Source: Bacteroidales bacterium
GTDB lineage: Bacteria > Bacteroidota > Bacteroidia > Bacteroidales > VadinHA17
Reading direction: 5' to 3'
DNA length: 64,000 nucleotides
Assembly: GCA_049294075.1 (NCBI GenBank)
Contig: JBAQCK010000039.1
Span: 3,409 to 67,408 of the forward strand
Positions 18,401-27,308 of the stretch are shown piece after piece. The position numbers and the translations under genes are program-made. Positions within the stretch are counted from its first letter, which is position 1, and every line of letters begins with the position of its first letter. A model generated the notes under the pieces. It was not told the origin of the DNA and did no database searches. It worked only from the letters and a program-made list of their open reading frames with translations.

Positions 18401-19531
18401 ATGATACCTGATGGTCATTTATTATTTCCTGCATTGCTGATCCTCTTTAGCATATCCTTCCTGATACAGGCTTTCTATTACCTTTACTACTACCACGCCC
18501 CTGCCAGGTTCAGGTCAGTGGAATCGCCGGTGAAACGGGAGCCTGTGTCGGTAATAATCTGTGCAAGGAACGAGGAGGAAAACCTGAGGAATTTCCTTCC
18601 GGCAGTGCTGGAACAGGACTATCCCGATTTTGAAGTCATAGTGGTCAACGACTGTTCGGAAGACGATTCAGACAGCATACTCGCCGGTTTTCTGATTAAG
18701 TATAAAAGGCTGAAAGTGTCCAACATCACCAGGGACCCCAAATTCACTCATAACAAGAAATTCGCCCAGTTCATCGGCATCAAGGCCGCCAAAAACGAAC
18801 TCCTTCTCTTTACCGATGCCGATTGCAGACCGGAAAGCAGCAAATGGATAGAAAGAATGGCATCCAGGTTTGACGAAAAGACTGAGTTTGTTCTGGGTTA
18901 CGGAGGCTATTTCACCGGTAAAGGTTTGCTAAACAGGTACATCAGGTACGACTGCATGACGATTGCCGTACAGTACCTTGGAATGGCTCTGAGGGGAATG
19001 CCCTACATGGGCGTGGGAAGGAACCTGGCTTACAGAAAATCACTCTTCTTTGAAAAAAAAGGATTTGGTCCCTATACCCATCTTGCTTCAGGCGATGATG
19101 ACCTCTTTGTTAATTCGAATGCCTCTGCAGGAAACATCGCGGCCGAATTCGGGAAGGATTCCCATACAAGGTCAGTGCCGGCACTTAACATAAGGGAATA
19201 TATCAAACAGAAAACAAGGCACCTTACCACTGCAAAACACTATAAAGCATCGCATAAGATCATTCTCCTCGGGGAACCAGCCTCAAGGATCATCTTTTAT
19301 ACCTCCTTTATCGCTCTCATCATCAATCTGTATGCATTGCCTGTGGTCGCCGGGATATTCCTCCTGAGGTTTATTATCCAGCTGATTATCTTTATTCTAA
19401 ACCGGGAAAAATTCAATGAACCGGGAATTTTGCCCCTGTTTCCAATATTTGATGTAATTTCTCCGTTTATTAATGCTGCATTCTTTGCAGGGAGCATAAG
19501 GGAAGGAAGAACCAACACCACATGGAAGTAA
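18401..19531 (+). CDS. Membrane-anchored family 2 glycosyltransferase
   Basis: 'VSVIICARNEEENL', 'VIVVNDCSEDDS', 'FTDADC' (DxD), flanking TM helices. Confidence 0.75.
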   Translation: MIPDGHLLFPALLILFSISFLIQAFYYLYYYHAPARFRSVESPVKREPVSVIICARNEEENLRNFLPAVLEQDYPDFEVIVVNDCSEDDSDSILAGFLIKYKRLKVSNITRDPKFTHNKKFAQFIGIKAAKNELLLFTDADCRPESSKWIERMASRFDEKTEFVLGYGGYFTGKGLLNRYIRYDCMTIAVQYLGMALRGMPYMGVGRNLAYRKSLFFEKKGFGPYTHLASGDDDLFVNSNASAGNIAAEFGKDSHTRSVPALNIREYIKQKTRHLTTAKHYKASHKIILLGEPASRIIFYTSFIALIINLYALPVVAGIFLLRFIIQLIIFILNREKFNEPGILPLFPIFDVISPFINAAFFAGSIREGRTNTTWK

Positions 19532-20118
19532 GCCACTGCATATCTGAAAAGGCACAGGACGACCTCCTGCTTGTTGAACAGGCTAAACTGGGAAATGAAA
19601 AAGCATTTTCGAGCCTGCTTAACAGGTACAGGGATTCAATCTATTTCATGCTACTGAAAATGGTGAACAACACTTCCGATGCAGAGGACCTTACAATAGA
19701 AGCATTCGGCAAGGCCTTCAGGTTCATCGACTCATTCACCCCCGAATATGCCTTCAGCACATGGCTTTTCAGGATCGCCACCAATAATTGCATAGACTTC
19801 ATCAGGAAGAAACAGCTTTCACCTTCACCCATCGACCAGATAAAGGAAGATATTGACAACATGACTGTCAACATCCAGTCGGATCTTCCCGATCCTGAAG
19901 AAAGGCTTATCAACGACCAGAAGATTGCCGTGCTTCGCGAAATAGTCGGCCAGCTGAAGCCCAGGTACAGAAGGCTCATCGAACTCAGGTACTTCAAGGA
20001 ATACTCCTATGAAGAGATCGCTTCCGAAATGAAACTGCCGATCGGGACCGTTAAAGCACAACTTTTCAGGGCAAAATCCCTCCTGTTCAATATCTTTGCA
20101 AAAACAGGCAGCAGATAG
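19522..20118 (+). CDS. RNA polymerase sigma-70 family factor (ECF-type)
   Basis: Region 2 'FSTWLFRIATNNCIDFIRK', region 4 'YEEIASEMKLPIGTVKAQLFRAK'. No anti-sigma gene follows. Confidence 0.85.
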   Translation: MEVSHCISEKAQDDLLLVEQAKLGNEKAFSSLLNRYRDSIYFMLLKMVNNTSDAEDLTIEAFGKAFRFIDSFTPEYAFSTWLFRIATNNCIDFIRKKQLSPSPIDQIKEDIDNMTVNIQSDLPDPEERLINDQKIAVLREIVGQLKPRYRRLIELRYFKEYSYEEIASEMKLPIGTVKAQLFRAKSLLFNIFAKTGSR

Positions 20119-20741
20119 TGAGTGAAATAATCCGGAAATACTTCCCGGACCTGACAGGGTCACAGATAACAATATTTTCAAAGCTTGAGGAGGTCTACAG
20201 TCAGTGGAACTCCAGGATTAACGTTATCTCAAGAAAGGACTTTGATAATTTTTATACCCATCATGTGCTTCATTCGCTTTCCATCGCAAAGATCATACGT
20301 TTCAGGGAAGGAACCAGGGTGCTGGATGCAGGAACAGGCGGAGGCTTTCCTGGCATTCCTCTTGCCATTATGTTCCCGGGTGTGAGTTTTTTCCTGCTTG
20401 ATTCAATAGCAAAAAAGATAAAGGTGGTTTCAGGCGTTGCCGATGAACTGGGTCTGAAAAACGTCAGCCCCCTCAGAAAAAGGATAGAAGAGGAAACAGG
20501 CCGGTACGAGTTCATAATCAGCAGGGCAGTGATGGCCTTTCCCGAACTTGTGAAACTTACAAGGAAAAATATCAGCCGCGATAAGGCAGGTGAGAACAGA
20601 AACGGAATTATTTGCCTCAAGGGCGGAGACCTGTCGGAAGAACTCCTGCCTTTCAGGGACAAGGCGATTATTCATGATATCAGCTCCCTTTTCACTGAAC
20701 CCTGGTTCGAGTCAAAAAAGATAGTTTACCTTCCGCTATGA
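20118..20741 (+). CDS. rsmG: 16S rRNA (guanine527-N7)-methyltransferase
   Basis: SAM motif 'VLDAGTGGGFPGIPLAI'. GTG start overlaps the sigma-factor TAG by 1 nt. Confidence 0.88.
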   Translation: MSEIIRKYFPDLTGSQITIFSKLEEVYSQWNSRINVISRKDFDNFYTHHVLHSLSIAKIIRFREGTRVLDAGTGGGFPGIPLAIMFPGVSFFLLDSIAKKIKVVSGVADELGLKNVSPLRKRIEEETGRYEFIISRAVMAFPELVKLTRKNISRDKAGENRNGIICLKGGDLSEELLPFRDKAIIHDISSLFTEPWFESKKIVYLPL

Positions 20742-20787
20742 TTTTTTCAAATTTTATCTCGCCAGTTGCTTTTATTTAAAAAATATC

Positions 20788-20795
20788 TATCTTTG
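20788..20795 (+). promoter_or_regulatory. Candidate -7 box TATCTTTG with TTG 19 nt upstream (20766-20768)
   Basis: Matches TAnnTTTG, 43 nt upstream of the rpmH ATG. Confidence 0.55.
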
Positions 20796-20838
20796 CGATC
20801 TCAAATTAAAACTGTAGAACCAACTTAAAAGCAGAGTC

Positions 20839-20994
20839 ATGAAAAGGACATTTCAGCCTTCAAGGAGAAAAAGAGCCAACAAACACGGATTCAGGGAAAG
20901 AATGTCCACCGCCAACGGCAGAAGGGTTCTGGCTTCACGCAGGGCAAAGGGGAGAAAGAAGCTTACAGTGTCTCCTGAACTCAAACTTAAATAA
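20839..20994 (+). CDS. rpmH: 50S ribosomal protein L34 (below the ORF-track size cut-off)
   Basis: Hand translation gives [51 protein letters not shown]. This is the canonical L34 sequence pattern. Confidence 0.93.
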   Translation: MKRTFQPSRRKRANKHGFRERMSTANGRRVLASRRAKGRKKLTVSPELKLK

Positions 20995-21019
20995 TAAGGT
21001 TATTTATAAAACCATGGAA

Positions 21020-21048
21020 GGTGCCTCCGCGAAGGCGCCTTTTTTTTT
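21020..21048 (+). terminator. Intrinsic terminator after rpmH
   Basis: 7-bp stem ggtgcct/aggcgcc (one G-U pair), 6-nt loop, then a run of 9 T (21040-21048). Confidence 0.75.
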
Positions 21049-21050
21049 GC

Positions 21051-21058
21051 TAATTTTG
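21051..21058 (+). promoter_or_regulatory. Candidate -7 box TAATTTTG
   Basis: Matches TAnnTTTG, directly after the terminator and 19 nt before ATG 21077. Confidence 0.5.
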
Positions 21059-21076
21059 CCCCTGATAACCATTTAC

Positions 21077-22192
21077 ATGAAGAGTCCTGAAGACTATACA
21101 AATGATCCCGGCCTGAAGAGTATACTTGCGGGAATAATCCAGGGAAGGCGCATCACAGAAGAAGAAGGAGTGCTTCTGTTTGAAAAGGCAGGTCTGTCAC
21201 TGCTTTCGCTGATGTCGGGAATAACAAGGAGAAAGCATAACGGGAACAGGGTCTACTTCAACCGCAACTTCCATATTGAACCCACCAACCTCTGCATACA
21301 TAACTGCCGCTTCTGCTCTTATCACAAGGCTGAAGGCGACCCTGAAAGCTGGGATTACTCGCACGATGAGATGCTTGAAATGGTAAGGAAATTCGACGGG
21401 ACGGAAGTGACCGAGGTTCATATAACGGGTGGCGTTCATCCCTCACACGATATCAGGTATTATGGCGAACTTCTTCAAAAGATTAAGCAACACCGCCCGG
21501 GCATTCACATAAAAGCCTATTCGGCCGTCGAAATCGACCAGATGATCTCGACATCGGGAATGACACTTAAGGAAGGTCTTTTACTGCTTAAGAAATACGG
21601 ACTCGATTCGATTCCGGGAGGAGGTGCGGAAATCTTCGACGAAACGATAAGAAAAAAGATATGTCCTGAGAAATCAACTGCTGAAAAATGGCTCCTGATA
21701 CACGAAACAGCTCACAATGCGGGGATCCCTTCAAATGCCACCATGCTTTACGGGCATCTCGAGAACTATTCTCAAAGGATTGACCATATGTCGAGGCTAA
21801 GGGATATTCAGGACAGGACCGGCGGTTTCAACGCGTTCATCCCGCTGAAGTTCAGAAAGGCCAACAATCCAATGTCGCATCTTGGCGAAACCACCACTGC
21901 TGAAGATTTAAAAAACTATGCCGTTTCGCGGATATTTCTTGATAACATACCACATATAAAGGCATACTGGCCGATGATAGGAAGGGAAGTTGCCCAGATG
22001 AGCCTTATGTTCGGAACCGACGACCTCGACGGAACAATAGAAGATTCAACAAGGATCTATTCGATGGCAGGTTCCGCAGAACAAAATCCGGCGATGTCGA
22101 CCGATGAAATCTGCAGGCTGGTCAGAGATGCCGGATTTGTGCCTGTTGAACGGGATTCCTTTTATAATTTTATACATACATTTGCGTTATAA
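21077..22192 (+). CDS. Radical SAM enzyme of the MqnC/MqnE/CofH family (futalosine-route menaquinone biosynthesis)
   Basis: 'NRNFHIEPTNLCIHNCRFCSY' CxxxCxxC cluster motif and a TIM-barrel length of about 370 aa. Start moved to 21077 because 21014-21058 holds the terminator and promoter. Confidence 0.7.
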   Translation: MKSPEDYTNDPGLKSILAGIIQGRRITEEEGVLLFEKAGLSLLSLMSGITRRKHNGNRVYFNRNFHIEPTNLCIHNCRFCSYHKAEGDPESWDYSHDEMLEMVRKFDGTEVTEVHITGGVHPSHDIRYYGELLQKIKQHRPGIHIKAYSAVEIDQMISTSGMTLKEGLLLLKKYGLDSIPGGGAEIFDETIRKKICPEKSTAEKWLLIHETAHNAGIPSNATMLYGHLENYSQRIDHMSRLRDIQDRTGGFNAFIPLKFRKANNPMSHLGETTTAEDLKNYAVSRIFLDNIPHIKAYWPMIGREVAQMSLMFGTDDLDGTIEDSTRIYSMAGSAEQNPAMSTDEICRLVRDAGFVPVERDSFYNFIHTFAL

Positions 22193-22209
22193 AATTTAGT
22201 CCTGCCGTC

Positions 22210-23055
22210 ATGAGCATTAAAGATTTTCTCCTCAGCAAAGCATTTCTGAAAAACCTGGCACTTGCAGCTGTAATTGTTGTGGTAATAATAATGCTTTTGC
22301 TCATCTGGATGAATTTTTACACACGCCATGGTCAAAGCAAACCCGTTCCTGACTTCAGGGGACTGACTCTCCGCCAGACTGAGGTACTGGCAAGGAAAAG
22401 CAGACTCAGGTTCCAGATCGTTGACTCGGTTTACACCTCCGAAGTGCCCAGAGGATGCATTGCCGAACAAAATCCTGTTCCGGGCTTTAAGGTCAAGAAG
22501 CAAAGAAATATAATGCTTACCATAAATGCCTTCAATCCCGAGATGGTTGCAATGCCAAACCTGGTGAACCTGCCCAAGAGGCAGGCTGTCAAAGTAATTG
22601 AAAGCTCGGGGCTTCAGCTGGGGTCGATAAGATACATCCCCGATATCTCATTCGATGTTGTGCTTGAACAGCATTATGGCGGAAGGAACATCCAGGACGG
22701 AGATTCAATCCAGAAAGGATCGGTGATCGATCTTGTCCTGGGAAGAGGCCTCAGCAATCAGAGAACGTATGTCCCGAATCTCATCGGAATTAATCACGAG
22801 GCAGCAAGGAACACCATACTGGCAGCATCACTGACTCTCGTCACCTCAATTTTTGATAACACGGTGCTTACTGCCCAGGATTCGGCCGATGCTTTCGTTT
22901 ACAAACAAAATCCCGACTTCAGCGCTGATGCAACCCTCCAGCTTGGATCGTCTATTTACCTGTGGCTGACTCTCGACTCGGCACGGCTTCCCGTTGACTC
23001 GGCAAACGTCATTACAGACACAATACCCGGAAGATTCTCACGAATGTCCGATTAA
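22210..23055 (+). CDS. PASTA domain-containing membrane protein
   Basis: N-terminal TM helix followed by three roughly 65-aa PASTA-like repeats ('PDFRGLTLRQ...', 'MPNLVNLPKRQA...', 'VPNLIGINHEAA...'). Confidence 0.8.
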   Translation: MSIKDFLLSKAFLKNLALAAVIVVVIIMLLLIWMNFYTRHGQSKPVPDFRGLTLRQTEVLARKSRLRFQIVDSVYTSEVPRGCIAEQNPVPGFKVKKQRNIMLTINAFNPEMVAMPNLVNLPKRQAVKVIESSGLQLGSIRYIPDISFDVVLEQHYGGRNIQDGDSIQKGSVIDLVLGRGLSNQRTYVPNLIGINHEAARNTILAASLTLVTSIFDNTVLTAQDSADAFVYKQNPDFSADATLQLGSSIYLWLTLDSARLPVDSANVITDTIPGRFSRMSD

Positions 23056-23056
23056 A

Positions 23057-24904
23057 ATGATGCATAAAAGACTTATAATATATACATTACTGCTGTCTTG
23101 CATCCCGGCGCCTGCCTTCGCCCAGGAAGTGACAACAGGGCTTCAGTCGAACCGGCTGCTGAAAGGCAACTCTGCCGGATCCGTAAAAGGACTGGCTGCC
23201 GATCCTGTAGAACTCCCATTTTTCGACGATTTTACAGGAAGTTCAGTCCTCCCCTCTCCCCTGATGTGGGCCGACAATTATGCTTTTATAAACAACACTT
23301 ATTCCGACAGGCAGATTACAATAGGAATCGCCACTCTTGATGCTCTAAACGAGACCGGAAAGCTGTACGAAACTGCAGTCGCCGAAGGATTTGAGGCCGA
23401 CCATCTGACTTCCCGGCCGGTGAATCTGATGTATCCGGCATCCGACAACATATGGCTTAGCTTCTGGTACGAGGCGGGTGGACTGGGAGATGTCCCCGAA
23501 CCTTCCGACAGCCTTACTCTTCAGTTCTTTGCCCCCGGCGAAGCAGCCTGGCATTCGGTATGGAAATCAGATGAACCGGCAGAATCAGGATTTAAACCTG
23601 TAATTATAAGAATCAACGATCCCAGGTACCTGAAAAACGGATTTCAGTTTCGCTTCATCAACTGGGCCAGTCTTTCGGATTTTGAGGAGAACTCTATGAT
23701 TGGAAACTGCGACCACTGGAACATCGATTACGTTCTTCTTGACAGGAACAGGCACGAAGCCGACACAGCACTTGCCGATGTGGCTTTCAGGAAACCCCTG
23801 AGATCAATCCTTAAAACTCATGAAGCAATGCCCTGGAAACAGTTCCGGCAGGTCTACCTGCAGGAAATGGGCGCCTTCATACCGATTTCATACAGGAATA
23901 ACGACATCATAACCAGGAATGTAACGAGGAACTTCGAGATACGCGACATGTATGCCAATGTAATTTCACATTCCTTTACGGCAGGAGCAACCAACATCGA
24001 ACCCTATGCAAGCGTTGATTACAACGCCAGCCTGATATATACCTACAATACTTCGAATGAGGATTCGGCCCTCTTCAGGATAACATGCCACCTGCTTACC
24101 GATGACTTCGACCCCAAACCCAACGACACAATCAGATACAACCAGGTTTTCAGCAACTATTTCGCCTACGACGACGGTACTGCCGAAAGCGGTTACGGAG
24201 TAAACGGGGAGGGATCAAGAAATGCGATGGTTGCATACAGGTTCAAATCGTACATGGAAGACACCCTGAGGGCCATCAGCATCTGCTTCAACGACAGCTA
24301 CCTTAACAGCAACGTAAGGGCATTTGACATGATGGTTTGGGATGATAACAACGGACTGCCCGGAAATGTAATTTACAGCTTCGATAATGTGATTGTTGAG
24401 CCCGGCGATGATATCAACGGATTCCATACCTACATCCTGCCCGACGGTGTTCCTGTCGATGATGTTTTTTATGTGGGATGGAAGCAGAAAACCGAAACCT
24501 TTCTCAATGCAGGCTTCGATGTTAACACCCCCCACCAGGGACGGCAGTATTACTGGCTGAACGGGATATGGTACCTGTCTCAGAAACAGGGCAGTCTGAT
24601 GATAAGACCAATAGTAGGAAAACCGGTCAGGACTACTTCCTCTGAGGATGAAATCCCGGCCGATACCAAAAAACACAGGATGTGGCCCAACCCTGCCGTG
24701 GATTTCATCAACCTTGAATGCGAGGATATTCTGCCCGGACCCGCAATATACGTGTCAATCAGCGATCTCTTCGGACGGGAGCTGATAAGAGCGCTTTACA
24801 GCGAAAGAATTGATATCCGGGAACTGAAACCCGGCATCTTCAACGTGGTTGTACTCTCCGGGAAAAAACGCGCGGCCTGGTTCAGGCTCGTGATTACAAA
24901 GTAG
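23057..24904 (+). CDS. Secreted protein with T9SS type-A C-terminal sorting domain; N-terminal domains uncharacterised
   Basis: Signal peptide 'LLLSCIPAPAFAQE'. 'ELPFFDDFTGS' choice-of-anchor-J-like start. C-terminal about 80 aa 'WPNPAVDFINL...FNVVVLSGKKRAAWFRLVITK'. Confidence 0.75.
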   Translation: MMHKRLIIYTLLLSCIPAPAFAQEVTTGLQSNRLLKGNSAGSVKGLAADPVELPFFDDFTGSSVLPSPLMWADNYAFINNTYSDRQITIGIATLDALNETGKLYETAVAEGFEADHLTSRPVNLMYPASDNIWLSFWYEAGGLGDVPEPSDSLTLQFFAPGEAAWHSVWKSDEPAESGFKPVIIRINDPRYLKNGFQFRFINWASLSDFEENSMIGNCDHWNIDYVLLDRNRHEADTALADVAFRKPLRSILKTHEAMPWKQFRQVYLQEMGAFIPISYRNNDIITRNVTRNFEIRDMYANVISHSFTAGATNIEPYASVDYNASLIYTYNTSNEDSALFRITCHLLTDDFDPKPNDTIRYNQVFSNYFAYDDGTAESGYGVNGEGSRNAMVAYRFKSYMEDTLRAISICFNDSYLNSNVRAFDMMVWDDNNGLPGNVIYSFDNVIVEPGDDINGFHTYILPDGVPVDDVFYVGWKQKTETFLNAGFDVNTPHQGRQYYWLNGIWYLSQKQGSLMIRPIVGKPVRTTSSEDEIPADTKKHRMWPNPAVDFINLECEDILPGPAIYVSISDLFGRELIRALYSERIDIRELKPGIFNVVVLSGKKRAAWFRLVITK

Positions 24905-24910
24905 CATCAA

Positions 24911-25942
24911 ATGACAGAGGAAGAACTGACTGACCAGCAGGAGCTTTTTGAACATTACTGGTTCAAATCCGATCAGGGCCAGTCACTGATGCGTATAGAT
25001 AAATTCCTTTCCGCCCGGATAGAGAACGCATCCAGAACCAGGATCCAGAATGCTGCCAATGCCGGCAATATCCTTGTTAACAACAAACAGGTAAAGCCAA
25101 ATTACAGGGTTAAACCCAACGACATAGTACAGGTTGTGCTTCCAAACCCTCCGAGGGAGATAGAGCTTATACCTGAAAACATACCTCTCAACATAATTTA
25201 TGAAGATGACGATGTGGTTGTTGTGAACAAGGATCCCGGAATGGTGGTTCATCCGGCCTATGGCAATTATACCGGGACACTCGTGAATGCCCTGATGTAC
25301 CATTTCAGGGATATACCCATGTTTCAGTCGGGAGAGCTGCGTCCCGGACTTGTGCACCGTATAGACAAAAACACATCGGGGATACTGGTTATTGCCAAGA
25401 ACGAACTGGCACTCAACAAATTGTCAAAGCAGTTCTACAACAGGACAACTGGCAGGAAATATGTGGCCCTTGTGTGGGGTACTCCCGATCCGCCTGAAGG
25501 AACCATAACGGGTAATGTAGGCCGGAATATCCGCGACAGGAAGATCATGCAGGTATTTCCCGACGGCAGTCAGGGCAAACCGGCCATCACTCACTACAGT
25601 CTGATTGAAGATTTCGGATATGTAGCGCTTGTCGAATGCAGACTCGAAACCGGTCGCACGCATCAGATAAGGGTTCATTTCAGCCATATCAGACACCCTC
25701 TTTTCAATGATGAGGAGTATGGAGGGGATAAGATACTCAGGGGCACTACATTTGCCAAATATCAGCAATTTGTAAGGAACTGCTTCACCATCCTTCCCCG
25801 CCAGGCATTGCATGCAAAATCGCTTTCATTCGATCACCCGGTTACGGGGAAAAGGCTATCTTTCGACTCGGAACTTCCTGACGACATGAAACAGGTAATA
25901 GAAAAGTGGAGAAGTTATACATCAGGAAGAGAAAAATTTTAA
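24911..25942 (+). CDS. rluD: RluA-family 23S rRNA pseudouridine synthase (RluD-like)
   Basis: S4 domain ('RIDKFLSARI...SRTRIQ') plus catalytic 'HRIDKNTSGILVIAK'. Confidence 0.9.
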   Translation: MTEEELTDQQELFEHYWFKSDQGQSLMRIDKFLSARIENASRTRIQNAANAGNILVNNKQVKPNYRVKPNDIVQVVLPNPPREIELIPENIPLNIIYEDDDVVVVNKDPGMVVHPAYGNYTGTLVNALMYHFRDIPMFQSGELRPGLVHRIDKNTSGILVIAKNELALNKLSKQFYNRTTGRKYVALVWGTPDPPEGTITGNVGRNIRDRKIMQVFPDGSQGKPAITHYSLIEDFGYVALVECRLETGRTHQIRVHFSHIRHPLFNDEEYGGDKILRGTTFAKYQQFVRNCFTILPRQALHAKSLSFDHPVTGKRLSFDSELPDDMKQVIEKWRSYTSGREKF

Positions 25943-25979
25943 CCTGTCAAAAATAAGATATTTGCAATCTTTACCCAAT

Positions 25980-26010
25980 GCCCTGAGCCCTGCGCCCTGA
26001 GCCCTGCGCC
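25980..26010. repeat. Heptamer tandem repeat (gccctgN)x4; G-quadruplex-type motif on the minus strand
   Basis: gccctga gccctgc gccctga gccctgc gcc. The reverse complement reads GGGctcaGGGcgcaGGGctcaGGG. Confidence 0.85.
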
Positions 26011-26015
26011 AATTC

Positions 26016-26834
26016 TTACCAGCTACCGCCGGCTCCGCCGCCCCCAAAACTACCGCCCCCGAAACCGCCAAAGCCGCCTCCGCTGCCACCGCCGAAACCA
26101 CCTCCTCCTGAAAAGCCTCCCCAGCTTCCGCTGTGCTTGTTCCCGCCTGAATTCATCATCGACATCAGCACCCAGAGAGGCAGCCCTTTACGGCTTATAT
26201 GCTTCTGGTTCGATCCGCCGCTGCTGCGCATGAACAGAATGACCATTATAATGATTATGAATACTATAAGAGGGACCAGCTCTCCAATGTCGCCGCCCTT
26301 CCTGTAATCGCCTGCAGTGAACTCCCCGCTTGCCAGCGACATAAGAGTGCTGGTTGCCTTGTCGAGTCCTTCATAGTAATTGCCCTTCCTGAATTCAGGA
26401 AGTATTTCATAGTCGACTATCTCACCGCATACAATATCGGGGATAGCACCCTCAAGACCGTATCCTGTAGTTATTTGAACCTGCCCCTGCGAGCTGAAGG
26501 TCTTTGGCTTGACAAGTATAAGCACACCGTTGTCCGAACCCTGACGTCCTATTCCCCACAATTCAGCCAGCCGCTGGGCATAATCAGCCTTGTCATATCC
26601 CATCAGGTCGTTGACAGTAATTATTGATATCTGAGTCGATGTTGTATCATCGAAGGCCACAAGCTTCTGTTCAAGCGCGTTTATTTCCTGCCGCGTAAGC
26701 ATTCCTGCAAAATCGTTCACAAGCTTTGGCGGAACCTGGGGCTCGGGAAAGTCCTGACCCATGGCTGTTACCGATGTAAAGGTCAGAACCAGTGTAAAAA
26801 CGACAAAGTGATTATTTAATAGCCTGAAATTCAT
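26016..26834 (-). CDS. TPM domain protein (YgcG-like) with TM helix and Gly-rich tail
   Basis: Signal peptide, TPM/phosphatase-like domain ('VNDFAGMLT...ISIITV'), TM segment, C-terminal 'GGFGGGSGGGFGGFGGGSFGGGGAGGSW'. Confidence 0.8.
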   Translation of the reverse strand: MNFRLLNNHFVVFTLVLTFTSVTAMGQDFPEPQVPPKLVNDFAGMLTRQEINALEQKLVAFDDTTSTQISIITVNDLMGYDKADYAQRLAELWGIGRQGSDNGVLILVKPKTFSSQGQVQITTGYGLEGAIPDIVCGEIVDYEILPEFRKGNYYEGLDKATSTLMSLASGEFTAGDYRKGGDIGELVPLIVFIIIIMVILFMRSSGGSNQKHISRKGLPLWVLMSMMNSGGNKHSGSWGGFSGGGGFGGGSGGGFGGFGGGSFGGGGAGGSW

Positions 26835-27295
26835 TGCTTTTCTGGTTGCTCATTGTCTTCAAACGAGATATCATCGGGAAGTTCATTCACATCATCCCTG
26901 CTGCGCGGAAAATGTTCCCGAAGCTGCCGGCCGGCCATCAGAACCCCTTCTATAATTCCCTCGCAGTATTTACCTTCCCTGAAATTACCTGCAAGGATGT
27001 TTTTTATTACATCCCAGAAACCATCAGGGACCTTACTGTTAATCCCGGCATCGCCTATTACGGCGAACTTCTTATTCCTGACTGCCAGATAAAAGAGGAC
27101 TCCGTTTCTGTCTTCTGTCTCATGCATCCTGATATGCCGGAAGATCCATGCTGCCCTGTCGAGGACATTGCCCGAAATACTGGTTTCAAGATGAACCCTT
27201 ATCTCTCCCGAAGTTTCGCCTTCAGCCTCCTTAATGGCATCCCGTATCTGAAGCTGCTGCTCCTTCGTAAAAAAAGTTGATGCCTTGATTTCCAT
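26831..27295 (-). CDS. TPM domain protein (TLP18.3/Psb32/MOLO-1 family)
   Basis: 'FFTKEQQLQIRDAIKEAEGETSGEIRVHLE...NGVLFYLAVRNKKFAVIGDAGI'. Start taken at ATG 27295, 13 nt after the lemA stop. ATGA overlap with the next TPM gene. Confidence 0.8.
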   Translation of the reverse strand: MEIKASTFFTKEQQLQIRDAIKEAEGETSGEIRVHLETSISGNVLDRAAWIFRHIRMHETEDRNGVLFYLAVRNKKFAVIGDAGINSKVPDGFWDVIKNILAGNFREGKYCEGIIEGVLMAGRQLREHFPRSRDDVNELPDDISFEDNEQPEKQ

Positions 27296-27308
27296 TTCCC
27301 GGGCAGGG

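Noticed and set aside
22994-23056. N-terminal extensions in the ORF track (also 21014-21076, 43034-43096, 35208-35309, 18332-18400, 37121-37321, 46593-46646)
   Set aside because: The extensions overlap upstream genes, terminators or -7 boxes, and precede clear signal peptides or conserved N-termini. Downstream ATGs fit better.
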